A stretch of DNA of 64,000 nucleotides from Octopus vulgaris (Eukaryota). The stretch covers positions 23,746,001 through 23,810,000 of the forward strand of contig OX597819.1 in assembly GCA_951406725.2 (NCBI GenBank), in the 5' to 3' direction. Below are positions 26,181-41,261 of the stretch, in pieces. The notes beneath the pieces were generated by a model. It made no database searches. It had not been told where the DNA came from and saw nothing but the letters and a program-made list of their open reading frames with translations. Positions within the stretch are counted from its first letter, which is position 1, and each line of letters begins with the position of its first letter. A program made the translations under genes and the position numbers.

Positions 26181-26918
26181 CAAATATCACCCACATCATA
26201 AACAGTTATCCAAACATTTTATCACGGTATTATCTACTGATGAGACATGATGTTGTAGCTAGGACACTATAATAAAATCTGTCAGAAGGATAACACCGAG
26301 GACAAAGAAACAAGAACCTATAGTATGGTCGAAGCTATAGCCACTCATAATGAAAAGGAATACTGGTGGAATGTCCCAGTAGAAACCTCAATAAAATGTA
26401 AGGACAACAAACCTGATATAATGGGATAGATAAGAGAAACTGTGTACAGTTATGGAAATTAGCTGCTCAGCGGATGTTAACATAAAGCTGAGGATAAGTG
26501 AGAAAGAGAATGCCTACACTGAACTATTGAGAAATCTGAAGTTATTCTATCCAGATTACAAGTTCAGGTTTATACCTGTAATTATTGGGGCACTGGGATA
26601 TGTAACACACTGCTTAAATACCAATCTTGAGAAATCAGGCTTCTCAAAACCAGAAAGGAGAAAGCTAATTCGAAGACTACAGATCCAATCCATCACACTG
26701 GAACTGTAAAACTCTGTAAAACTTACAAGAAGTTTATCATTTAAACGAGCCTGTCTAGATATGCAACTATATCCATGAGAATACATACATGAAGCAAAAC
26801 ATAGAGATCTTTACAGATACATACATACAAACAAAAATAACCTGTTGTTGATGTTGAAATAGGTTAGAAACAAACTTTCTCAATTGGCAAGCAATCTTGA
26901 AATAAAACTGAATAATGA
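26181..26918 (+). mobile_element. RLE non-LTR retrotransposon 3' fragment (second family), embedded in (CATA)n
   Basis: ITHII..YYLLMRHDVVAR..YWWN..NKPDI..EISC..EKENAY..FIPVIIGALG; frameshifted; (CATA)n on both sides. Confidence 0.85.
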
Positions 26919-27743
26919 CATACGTACGTACATACATACATACATACATACATACATACATACATACATACATACATACATACATACATGTGTGTGTGTG
27001 GATATATACATATATTCATATTCATATTCACATACATACACACACATACACATACTCACACACACATACACACACACGCATACACACACATACGCATACA
27101 CACACACGCATACACACACACACACACACACACTCATCCAACAAAATACGTACTCCATTTAGCGAGATATAAATATCATTTAACATACACAGAGTTTAAA
27201 TGTGAACTACAATAAGTTTCACGCTCTGATAGCGCAATGTCTGGCGAGATTTTATAGCGTGCTATGTACTAACCTCTAATCTTTCAGGCTCAAAAAAAAG
27301 CATGGCTGTTTTCTGAGAAAAGGCGAAAGAGAACGAAAAAGAATAGAAGCAAGAAGTAAGTTAAAAAGGAAAACAAAAACAAGGAAAACATGGAGACAAA
27401 ATAAAGTCCAAGAGAAAAGGAAGACGGAGGAAAAAAATCGCCAACAATCCACATGTAGCTACATTTTGAAATGTATATGTGTATATATATATATGTGTGT
27501 CTGTGTATGCATATATAAGTGTGTGTGGACGTATGTGTACGTTTGTGTGCGCGCGTGTGTGTGTACACACATTCTTGTATCGAACTGTGAGAATGAATGC
27601 TCAACACGCTATTGGTGGATAAATAATCTTTATTTATGGATTAACAAAGCAACCAATGTCTTCATGCAGAGGAAATCTTGATAATTGTTACTCGTCTCAT
27701 CCAAAATGGACTACACCGAACTATATCATATATATATATATAT

Positions 27744-27830
<87 letters not shown>

Positions 27831-27831
<1 letters not shown>

Positions 27832-28201
27832 CATAAGGGGGATCAGCCATCTGAATGTGGCTAGGGTCAGGGCGGGGCGGTGGGGGTGTTACTGATGCAT
27901 TTAGCCCCAGGCGAACATCAACGTCACCAGAAGAGCTGACACCATCTCGGTGTCCTTGCCAGCTTGCAAAGGGAGATCAGCCTCCCCGAAGATACGGATA
28001 CTACACACGGACCGGTTTCGATGTTATTGCCTCTTGTCAACGTATGGTAAGCACCGCTCTTCGTTGAGGGACTCTCTCTACAGGCTGGATATATAGATTT
28101 TCACAGTAACCACTGATCCCCCTGGGGCTAAATGCATCAGTAACACCCCCACCACCCCGCCCTGACCCTAGCCACATTCAGATGGCTGATCCCCCTTATG
28201 T
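27831..28201. mobile_element. 371-bp element with 81-bp inverted terminal repeats in TA context, carrying an internal hammerhead
   Basis: 27831-27911 versus 28121-28201 inverted with 1 mismatch; tata on both sides. Confidence 0.9.
28004..28046 (-). ncRNA. Minimal type-I hammerhead ribozyme, U3-A8 core variant
   Basis: Minus strand: catacg TTGACAA gagg-caataa-catc GAAA ccgg TC cgtgtg; 6-bp stem I, palindromic ACCGGT stem III, GUC cleavage triplet; stem II has one mismatch. Confidence 0.7.
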
Positions 28202-28241
28202 TATAGAACAGTTACTGTTTATATCTCGCTCAGAGATTTGT

Positions 28242-28285
<44 letters not shown>

Positions 28286-28329
28286 CTTATATACCTTCAT
28301 TCATGCATACATATCTATCTATTATCTAC

Positions 28330-28865
<536 letters not shown>

Positions 28866-29494
28866 GTAGACATGTATCCAGTTGAAGATACTACTATTTA
28901 ATTATACAAACGCCAGCGCGTAAACGAACTCAGGCATACACAAAATAAAGGTAGGCGCATATACTCACATAGACTGACATACACAAAAGTTATGGAGATC
29001 AAAGAACTTACTGTTTAACGATCAGCAGTTCCAGAAATTAACTTTCGATCTTACTTAGACTAATAAGGAAGCCAAACATTAAGTCATCAACCACCTCCAA
29101 ACTTACCCCCCCCCTACACACAGTGGTGAATACGCATTCCAATATATATACTCATCTAAGCTTATATGCACATTCACGTACATCCACACTCATGTTTCTA
29201 CATAATGGCGCCACAGAGCTTTGGTGCATTAATGAATACATCCTTTATTATATCTTCTGTTCACTTCTTTGTTTTAATTAACGGCGTTTCTAATCAACTC
29301 GAAGCCGGCTATAAAATTATAGATTGCTTCATTAAAATAGTCAGCGGCATGTGTGTGAGTGCATATATATATATGCAAACATTAACAAATGAATTCATGT
29401 ACTTCTGTGTGTGTGTATATATATATATTATGATATATATATATATATCACATATATACATGCATATGATAATAATCGCAATAGCAATGATGGG

Positions 29495-30490
<996 letters not shown>

Positions 30491-30515
30491 GAAGAAGAAG
30501 AAGAAGAAGAAGAAG

Positions 30516-31118
30516 GAATATATTCACAGACATGACAGAGTTGGAACTTACATACATTGGAAGCTATGCCAACATTATGGAATAACAACAGAAAAAAGAT
30601 GGTATAGGCACACACCAGAAAAGGTCACAGAAAACGAGAAAGCAACCATACTCTGGGATATGCCGATACACACAGATAGAGAAATTAAGGCCAACAGACC
30701 AGATATAGTTGTCAGAGACCATGAAGAAAAAAAATGCTTTCTAATTGATGTATCAGTACCGGCAGATGACAACGTGTCTCTAAAAGAAATGGAGAAACTC
30801 TCAAAATACAAAGACCTGGAAATAGAGGTAACCAGAATGTGGAATCTGAAAACAGAAACAATTCCTATCATAGTAGGTGCATTAGGCATGATAAAAAAAT
30901 ATTCAGACAAATACATAACAAAAACACCAGGACTTACAAACACATATAACATACAGAAAATTGCACTACTAGGCACTGCACACATCCTACGCAGAGCACT
31001 TTCCATACAATAACCATCAGAGCATCACAACAAATCACAGCACATACCCAAGGCACACAGAGCTGCGCTCGGTAGTGAAGTGAAAGCACGCTATAAAAAT
31101 AAAAATAAAACTACTGAA
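30516..31118 (+). mobile_element. R4/Dong-like RLE retrotransposon 3' fragment, uninterrupted frame
   Basis: EYIHRHDRVG..ILWDMPIHTDREIKANRPDIVV..LIDVSVP..EKLSKY..IPIIVGALG..stop at 31013; UTR then (AAT)n. Confidence 0.93.
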
Positions 31119-31567
31119 TAATAATAATAACAACAACAATAATAATAATAACAACAACAACAATAATAATCAGCTCTGTGCTGTATAAGGATTCAGGTCC
31201 GCACTGAATAACAACAGGGACATGCTACACCGGACTCTCCATACAGAACAAATCTAATCTAATAACATCGGTGGAATGGGAAAAAGGAACCTGATGAAGA
31301 CTTGAAGGAAGCGGCCTTCTAACAAAATAATCGCAAAATCCGAAATTTTACTGACATACAAAGCACAATTTCGGATCTTTACCTTTTGACCGACAGAATT
31401 AAAAAATAATTTTTTGTAACTAAACACTTTCAAACTTCGTATACTGGTAGAATGTTTCACATAAAACATCTTTTACTCTTGGCGTTGTTGAGAAAATTCT
31501 GTATTTTGGAAGTAATTTTTTGTTAAAGTTGTCGTATTTCGGTAATTTCACCCAATCAATGACGTGT

Positions 31568-32695
31568 AACCATACTCACTTTGAACAGTGATAATGAATC
31601 TCTCAATGCTGGAGATGTAAGAATTTCATGTAGCATTTTCCAGGGTAACTATCTATTACCGCTCTTCTTCTGTCTAGCCTTAAAAGCTTTCTTGAAATTG
31701 ATCGATGATGTACAATTTGGCTATAAAATGTTTCATAGAAATATAAATCATCTCTTTTACATGGATGATTTAAAGCTCCTTGTAAAAAAATGACCAACAA
31801 CTAGCAATCGTTAAAGAATTCAGTAATGACATCAGGATGGAATTTGGCCTCGATAAATGTGCAAAAGCTACCTTTATCAGAGGAAAAATGATAGAAACAT
31901 GCAACGTTAATTTTGACCAACAGAATGCTATAAAGGAGTTATAACCAGTGGAGAACTACAAATACCTAGGGGTACTTGATGGTGATAGAATCAAACATTC
32001 AATGACGAGGGAAAAGATCAGAAAAGAATATCGCAGTGTAAGGGCAAGACAGAGCAGAATGCAAGAAACAGGATAGAAGCGATCAGTACTTTAGCCATAC
32101 CGGTTGTGACTTAGTCTCAATATTATTAACTGGTCAATCACTGAAATATGTAATCTTGACAGAAAAATACGAAAATTGTTGACAGTGCAAGGAATGCACT
32201 ACCCTAAGGCAAATATAGAACAACTTTACCTGCCAAGAAAAGAAGGTGTCCGTGGAATTTTACAACTGGAATTAACCATGAAGATTGCCACAATTGACCT
32301 AAATATCTACTTGAAAATCTCTGATGACTGGATGTTAAAACTTGTCTTAAGACATGAAAACAAGAAAACACCATACTCATAAACAAAACAGGCAAAGAAT
32401 TATCTGAGTGAATTCCAAATACAACGTGTCACACAATTATATGTTCAGGACACAAGCACAGAAAAAAGCTAAGCATATGAAAATCCGCGCTAAAACAGTT
32501 GCCATAGATTTTCTTACTGATAAATGGCAAGAAAAACCTCTCAATGGCAAATACCCAAAGAAGGCTAATAACGACTTTACCTGCCAAGAAAAGAGGGTGT
32601 CTGTGGATTTTTACAACTGGAATTAACAATAAAGATTGTCACAATTGGACTAAACACCTACCTGAAAAACTCTGATGACCGGATGTTAAAACTGG
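31568..32695 (+). pseudogene. Decayed R4/Dong-like reverse transcriptase fragment
   Basis: IFQG..PLFFCLAL, INHLFYMDDLKL, MEFGLDKC, YKYLG, LYLPRKEG.RG motifs with frameshifts; ~32223-32345 duplicated at ~32572-32692. Confidence 0.92.
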
Positions 32696-34183
32696 TATTT
32701 ATTTCATCGACCGCGAAAAGATGAAAAGCAAAGTTGACCTCGGCCGATTTTGAACTCAGAACATAAAGGCGAATGAAATGCCGCGAAGTATTTTGTCCGG
32801 TGTGCTAACGATTCTGAAATAATTGATCTTGTCCCCAACGTCTCAGAACATTGAGTACATACAGGGACGAAATACAAACACACATAAGTGTCGTTTGCAT
32901 CGAGCCATTACGTTTCATAATAGATTCTAGTATACGCTTGTTACAGAACACTTTAGTATTTGTTCATAAAAAAAAATCACGTTACAAAAAGTAAAATAAA
33001 CAAGAATAAATTTGATAACAGGTATGGAAATTTCCCCAACCGGGAGAAAAGACAATCAAGGATAATTCGGAGGAAACTTCACACAAAGACTCAGATTACT
33101 CTGTCATATCTATGGCGTCAAGTGGGCCCTCTCTCGGAATCTTCATTCCTACTTAGAAAATCCTCTTTAGAATCGCCATTCAACCCCACCAGTGTTGCTG
33201 TTCCTAGCCGTATTTCGTTAAGTAGAAGGCAGAATCTCCTTGTCTTTCCTCATCTTTCTCTTCAATTTGATGTGAGCTGGGCAACAGCCTTATTTACTTC
33301 TATCTTCAAAGTCTATCGTCAAACATTTTAGACGAGTCCACTATACTATTCCTCTTGTCATAGGCACTCGGCAGAGAAGAACTAGTTGCTCTTTCCTACA
33401 AGAGAAAGTGGCGCACCGATCTTCACTATAAAATCATCTTATAGTTAACTGCATGCTACATGCGGCAACAGTTATTCGACACAAACCCAAAAGTCGGCAA
33501 TGATTGAGCACGAAAGGCATCAAACAACATGAAGATCAACCCGAGTCGGTTCAGCTGTTGGTACTACCCTCCTTGCAGAGCTTGTCTCGAACAGTTAAAC
33601 CCTCCTCCTTATAACACTAATGTAAAGGATGTTTGGAAGATGTCCATAGCCCCTGAGTAGAAAATCGCTTAAAAGAGACTGCTGAGACTGTTCTTAACGC
33701 CCACAGTCGGTCCCAGACCATCGTTGTTCATACCCTCCATTAATCTGCTAAATCTGCTACAGAATAAGATGATTGTTTTCCCACTGACAGCGTTGTGCAG
33801 TTGAATCAAAGCCGCAAGTGCATGGCAACATTCTAGATACCAGACGTGCAATCTCTCACCACGCTTGACATAGTATTGCCCCTCGGTCGAGACGAGCAGC
33901 AGAGAGACGTGTATTAGGATAGTAAATCTGATGGGAGGGCTTCTCGGTTATATCGACTCCAGTACATAACTGGCACTTAATTTTATTGTCCCCGGTGGGC
34001 TGAAAGGCAAAGTCGACTGCAAACACTGCGAACGGACATTCGTGCTATTCCTTGACCAATACACATATTAGAATTACAAGTTGGTGCACAGACATCAAAA
34101 CGCTATTCACATCGCACACACTTTCAACCTACGAACACCACCTCACACCACATCTCAAATACATGTATTTACACACACAGACT

Positions 34184-34235
<52 letters not shown>

Positions 34236-34580
34236 GCATTGACACTACCTACTAAAACACACACGTTCATTCACCCTCACACTCGCACTAATGCCTCCTA
34301 GTTTGCATGCGCACACACAACCATAAGTACATACACCCCCCTCAAAATCCACACGCTAACGCATCTCGCGACGTTACTTCTTCAAGGTACACACACTCAT
34401 TCTGACATATGCACCTCCCGTCATTTTCTGATTCAACCTCAAAGAATATCATTCCCCAAGGCTTATAACCATTCATCCTCTTTTGCTTTTTCCTCTTAAT
34501 TATTTTGAAATTTTTTTCTCGTTGCTTTATTCCAAACCTTACACCTAGCGCCTCTCCTCATGTTTCCACTTCATGTCTTT

Positions 34581-34618
34581 TCTTTCAGAAGAAGGAGTAG
34601 CTTCCAAAACGTCAAAGA
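34581..34618 (+). ncRNA. Decayed minimal hammerhead motif
   Basis: tcttt CAGAAGA a ggag-tag-cttcc AAAA cg TC aaaga: stem I intact, core positions U4 and G12 mutated. Confidence 0.5.
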
Positions 34619-34779
34619 CACGTCATTCGCTTTAAACACATACACATACACATATATATATAAAACAACTACTTAAAATGCAAATGATTTTACATCCCCG
34701 TTTCGCGCTACCGCTTTCCGATATGAGTTGTGCTAAAATTCCTGTAGTACTTACTCGTTAGTGCATTATACAATGAGTT

Positions 34780-34975
34780 GCGATGTCCTTGGTGCCAAAC
34801 TGTTTCCGCCTTTGCCTTTCCTTCCTATACCATCGGAGGCGTGGAGAGAGGAGACTGGTATGCACAGGCGACAACTGGTCTTCCATACACAATCTTGCTC
34901 GGATTTGTGCCTCATAACTTTCTAGGTGCAACCCCCTGACCATTCATGACCGAATGGAGTCTTTACTCCTTACCT
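34780..34975. mobile_element. Interspersed repeat, RTE-like terminal sequence
   Basis: Inverted homologue of 261-365, longer copy. Confidence 0.55.
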
Positions 34976-35201
34976 GTAGTATGTAGGTTCGGTCCTTTAT
35001 GTAAAAATCTTGCAGAGATCCACTTCATTTTTTTTATCTTTCTGGAGTCAAAGGCTTAATCGATATAATCAACTGATACCCCCTGCCCCCAGTACTAATA
35101 TCTCTGGCCTGATGCCCATTGATGGAATCATTATCATTACATTATATTGTATATTGAGTACTTTTTAATTATGTCTGTATGGATACATACTCGAATATTT
35201 A

Positions 35202-35405
35202 CGAGGGGGTGATGGAAAGCTCATGGTTCTAAGGGTGTCGCGAAAGGCCTGGCTGGAGGCTCACACTTCGGAGTTCTTTTACAGGGCTTACAAAAACTGA
35301 AGGATCGCTATGAATCTCAGGAGGATATGTTGAATAAAATAATAATTAGCTGATCATCCTGCATTTTCTTTTACCCAAATCCAGGAACTTTTCAACACGC
35401 TCTCG
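35202..35405 (+). mobile_element. Mariner-derived MITE
   Basis: TA|cgagggggtgatggaaag ... cttttcaacacgctctcg|TA TIRs; internal ggatatgttgaataa (GxYVE* transposase end). Confidence 0.78.
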
Positions 35406-35411
35406 TATATC

Positions 35412-35529
<118 letters not shown>

Positions 35530-35593
35530 TATCTTTTATATATATATATGTATATGTATATATGTGTGTGTGTGTGTGTGTCTGTCTGTCTGG

Positions 35594-35695
<102 letters not shown>

Positions 35696-36663
35696 GTATA
35701 ATAGTTGAAGGGATAAGTATAATTCAGGCGATGACCTCGTCAGTACTTCATGCAGGAACCTGTGCTAGCATAGGGTTCGAATAACCGAAGGTAGATTGGT
35801 TATACTTCACTCAGTTATAATAGGAGCACTTCGCCAATTCAAAGTATGTACATCCAGCAGGCATCTTGCAGTATAATCTTCACAGAGTGAATAATAATTG
35901 TTTTAACTGAGGATAAGAGGAGTCAAATCATTTCCAGTTTTTAAGAGAAGTATGATATAAAGTAGGCTAGGAAACTTGGCTGCTATTTCTAGTATCTCGA
36001 AAGACCCAGTATAGCGACCCTCACTGAGTCAAAAGAAAGTATATCTGTATGTGTGGATGCGTTTTGTGGTGGCGGGAATTCGTCCTTCAAACCTAAATCT
36101 TATGTTTCATAATAACTTCCATTATCCGTATGTCACAGAACACTTCAGTAAGTATTTGTTAATTAAGATTGCAGTCAAGTCTGTATGCAGCTAGCTTTAC
36201 GAAACCTTAAGTAGGGAGGTGATTTAGGTCCTAGTTCACCACTACAGTTATTCACAAACATATGATACTGGTACATACACATACATAAACACTTAGATAC
36301 ACATTCTGCTTTTTATGCTTAGAGAAAGTGTGTCAAGTTATTTCGTATTTAGCTTGTATATGAAACATATATAATATGCGTATATGTATATTTGTGCATA
36401 CACACACACCATACACGCGTGCGCGCACACACAGATATATTCACACACGTATTGGTTTCTGTATAGTTCAGTGTTTTAACTGTCAGTCTTCATACCGCGG
36501 GATTGTTACTCTATTTAACTTAAAAGAATGAAAAACAAAGTAGATCGAGACGGAATTTGAACTCAGAAAACATTGAGTTAGAAAAATACTGCAAGGCGTT
36601 CTCTCAGACACTCTTATAGCTGTGAATTCGACCATACACATCCGCTCATCCATGCATACATAA

Positions 36664-36702
<39 letters not shown>

Positions 36703-37189
36703 TGTGCATATATGTGTATACGTATGTAGTAGTAGGCAAGTTGGCATCCGTCGATCTCGAGAGACCATGGATCTACGCCCGAAGAAATAGTGTCAAATAC
36801 TGACACACACACACTCATACATACATACATACATACACACACTCATACATACATACATAATACATACTGGCATATACTGACAGGGGAGGTAACCACCCTG
36901 TGACCCTGTCAAGGATAACAAAACAGGCCTACTTTCGCCGTAGGCAACGTCAGTAGTAACTACTCCGACGGCTGATGGTCGGCTAATTCCGTCCGCCATA
37001 TATATATTTGTGCTCTTCTTACAACATTAAGAATATTTTAACTCTTATTTCTAGCAATGTAGGTACTTCAGCACCTTTAGTGACATTTAGTGACAATGAC
37101 ATTTTTTCTTTATGGTATCACATTGCGCCTAGCTGTTTATATCAGTATATGTATCTACCCCCAGTCGAAAGACACCTGTTGTTATGTCC

Positions 37190-37238
<49 letters not shown>

Positions 37239-38076
37239 GTATTTTGTATTTATATTTGTGTAACATCGTCTGTTTTTCCATCCTTGTTTTTGTATACATT
37301 CGCTGCTTTCTTCCAAGGAATCTAATGCTCTTAGCTTAGTTTTTCCTTGGGGCTGGCCAGATTGGAGCAATCTCGAGTATAGCCAGCCGAAATTGCGAGG
37401 ATTATCCGGTTCTTAACCGAGGATAGAAAGCTTCGAATGACCCGTCCTTGTTTGTTTTGTTTTTGTATATCTACCCGGCTGTTTTGTTGTCCCTTTTTGT
37501 ATCACCTATTTGTCCGGATGTTTTGCATTCTTGTCCCATTTTGTATCATATATATATATATATATATATATATTTAATGAAATGGATAAATGAATTATCT
37601 TGTTACGGATTATTCAAAATTTAACCGATACCTGTGTAGCAAAAATCACACCAGAAAAGACACGGTGCCATTTTTACCATGGGCTCCTAGGGAGCGTTTT
37701 GTTCGAAAAGCTTGCTGCGCATTTGTTTTGAGATTTTAAATTCCTGGATTTTCCTGAAGAGAAAGCTGCAGAATGGTCTCCTTATTCAATCAGAATTTGG
37801 GAATTTGCAGCCTTTGAAACATGTGTAGAAAATAATAAAAAGGAATTTTGTAGAATCTTCGTTCGGCTCCATTTCTTCCCTTCACTAAATATATATATAT
37901 ATATATATAATACAAAACAGTTTTTCAAGGTCAACCTGTACCACGTGGCTTTATTCTCAATGATTTAGCTTCGTTACTATGGCAAGAGTTCTGCTGCTTA
38001 TTGATCAGATCACGTATAACATTTTCTCCCTATATCTGTAACACTTTCTAGCTCTGCGCGTGTGCTTGTGAATACA

Positions 38077-38215
<139 letters not shown>

Positions 38216-39576
38216 TCTTTTATTCTTTTATTTGTTTCAGTCAAATATTTATATTAGTAGGATAAGGTCCTTGATGTTACGATCTATGGAAATTGTTCAT
38301 CACTTCTTTATGTAGGATCCAAAACCATTAGAATCTGGGGGCAGAAGGTAAGGAATGCTGTTCCTTTTTTTGTTTCTAGGACTATGTTATTTAATGTGTC
38401 TCTTTTTAAAATGCTAATGTGCGGTGTTTAAGGAAATATGATTGCTATTTTCAGTCGGCTGAATGACCATGTAGATGTTCTTAGTAGATGGCGGATGAAG
38501 AGATGATTTGATAAACAGCAAATAGAAGTTGCAATATTATTTGCAAGAAATTTTGGAAGATTTGGTACAAGTCGAGAGAAAAAAGAAGGAATTTATGGCT
38601 TTTGGAATCGAATATTGAATGACATTTTGCTGTATTTCTTGAAAGTGCACTTAACCATTTATAGGCCAATGTAAATAATCGTAAATAATTGTAAGCAGCG
38701 GGGTAATATATAACTTACAAGTGTTTGTTTAGCTTATCCATCTATGAAGTTAGTGAGGGTGCCCTAGATAGTGAAGCACCTGCAAAGGCTGCATTCTTGG
38801 AAATTATTATTATTAGTATTTTTGTCTGTCTACAATCTGTGATGAAATCTCTACAGGGTTGTCTTGAGATTCGTGGTCAATTGATTCGGGAAATGTCTAT
38901 TCAATTAGCTCTACCGCTCTGTTAAAAGATATGTGGCTTAGCACTTCGTGAGACATTATTTATATGAATACACTATATGGTTCGTTTTTGTAAGCATGAA
39001 AAATACTTAGGATTTCTGTTGTTGCTGCTGGAAGATTTTTGACTTATCAAAACGCACCTCCCCAACAACATCATTATAAAATACTGCCAAGAGCATTTCC
39101 AACGAAAGAAGCAGCTGGAAGTCAGGTGTCGTCTAGGCTTAGAGAAGATGAAACCTAAAACAACTAAGCATTTTCTCATGTGAGTATGAATTCCATTCGT
39201 TACATGGTCGGACTCTTTTACTATTTCACGGTATTAATGTTGATATAAACATCACCCTCGTATTATATTTCATTTGTAAATGGTTGAAGTATTTGGTCGA
39301 GACGGTAAAGTGATGAATCGAAGGCGATTACTATATCTAAATTTTCTCTCTTTATTTTCGGGTTTAATTTACTTCTGGATCGGTTTTGCGTTTTTACCCG
39401 TTTTCTATCCCATTAAAATAACTACTAGGGCAGTCATGAGCAAACTGTACTCGCTGGATTTTCTGAATGACATGCCAAGGAAAAAATTACCTCGAAATTT
39501 TTTTAGTAATGCGGCCCGTTTCTTGAAAAACTGACTGAGACAGTAAAGTTTCGAACTAAATGTTTTTTTTCTTTTA

Positions 39577-39670
39577 CAGTGAGACCTCAGTCTACGAATT
39601 TAATTCGTTCCTGAAATCCCTTCGTCACCCGAAATGTTCGTAAGCCGAAACTATTTTTCCCAATGGAAAT
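39577..39670 (+). mobile_element. Pogo/Tigger-like terminal fragment
   Basis: TA|cagtgagacctcagtctacgaatttaattcgttcc resembles Tigger-type TIRs; other end not found. Confidence 0.5.
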
Positions 39671-39984
39671 TCAATCGATGTCGGTGTGCTTAACTCCAGG
39701 TAACTTAGTGTTTCGGCAAAAGGAATCGATTGAATGAGTACCAGGCTTAAAAAGAAAAATTCGTCCGACTCAAATTTTTCGAGGCGGTGCCCCAGCATGA
39801 CCGCAGTCTAATGACTGAAACAAATAAAAGGTACCACTAATCGATTGTATTCTGGAAGATGTGAATCATTTTCCTTTGTTCTTTCTTGAGGAACCCTTCT
39901 AATTCTAGCCGTTAAAGCGAAGCCGATGTGAAGTACATTCAAGCAGCTGCGATAGTCTCTATCTTTTATCTAGCGAACTATCGT

Positions 39985-40133
39985 CATGCTGGGGGCACCG
40001 CCTTGAAGTGTTGTTAGTACTTACTTTTTTCTAAGCCTGATACTTATTCTGTCGTTCCTTTTGGCGAACCATTAAGTTACAGAAACGTAAACAAACCAGC
40101 ACCGTTGGTCAAGTGGTGGTAGGAGACAAGCAG

Positions 40134-40173
<40 letters not shown>

Positions 40174-40336
40174 TTATATACGACAGTCTTTTTTCAGTTT
40201 CCGCCTCACCCACAAGAATTTGGTCAGCTCGGAGTTAACGCAGAAAACACATGCCCAAGGTGCAACGCATTGTAATTGAACCCGGAACCATGTGGTTGGG
40301 AAGCAAACTTCTTACCACACAGCCACGTCCGCGCCT
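39985..40336 (-). mobile_element. SINE family B
   Basis: Reverse complement of family B with internal (CA)n(TA)n. Confidence 0.85.
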
Positions 40337-40819
40337 TAAAGGTACAAATAAAAAGTTAAAACCTGGATATAAAAACTAAGTTTCTCATTAGCGCACCATA
40401 AATGTTTTCCATTACTCCCAGTTTTGGACGAGGCACTCCTATTCGCAAGCAACGGATTTCCATAGCTGTAAAACCGGCATTCCTTATATTTAAAAGCATG
40501 ATACATTCTGGTTTTGGCGTGCCTTTTGTGTAGCTAACAGGATAATCCTTCCTGTAGACAGTATTGCAAATTGTTTCAGCGACACGGTCAAGTTCCATGG
40601 GAGGGGATTATTTTTGGACAGCTGAGAACGATTTGGGCGATAACTTCCGTAATGCTTTGACGCAATCGATATTTTCTGTCACAAAGTGAAGGTTTAGGGG
40701 CATCGTTATCACTCTTGTTCATAGAGATATTTAGTAACTATATCTTGTTCATGGATAGTAAAAGGATAGCCCCTTATTTGTCATGTAATGTTATGCATGT
40801 ACATACGTATATATGTATA

Positions 40820-41020
40820 AGGCGGCAAACTGGCAGAAACGTTAGCACGCCGGGTGAAATGCTTAGTAGTATTTCTTGTCTTTACGTTCTGTCTTTACGT
40901 TCGACTTTGCTATTCATCCTTTCGGTGTCGATAAATTAAGGACCAGCTGCGTACTGGGGTCGATTTAATCGACTGGCCCCCTACCCCAAAATTTCGGGCC
41001 TTGTGCCTGGAGTAGAAAAG
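40820..41020 (+). mobile_element. SINE family A, short-tail form
   Basis: Family A head, core and gccttgtgcc..gtagaaa tail. Confidence 0.82.
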
Positions 41021-41175
41021 TATATACGTATATATGTATATACATGAATGTACGTACATATACACACACATATGGATATATATACATACGTATATATGTT
41101 TATATATATATATATATATTTACATGCATGCAAACTTACGCATGCACATCTATGCATCCATCCATCCATCCATCC

Positions 41176-41261
<86 letters not shown>

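Noticed and set aside
26233-26260. CTGATGA motifs at ~26237, 31291, 32321 and 32673
   Set aside because: They lie in LINE coding remnants or lack GAAA and flanking stems.
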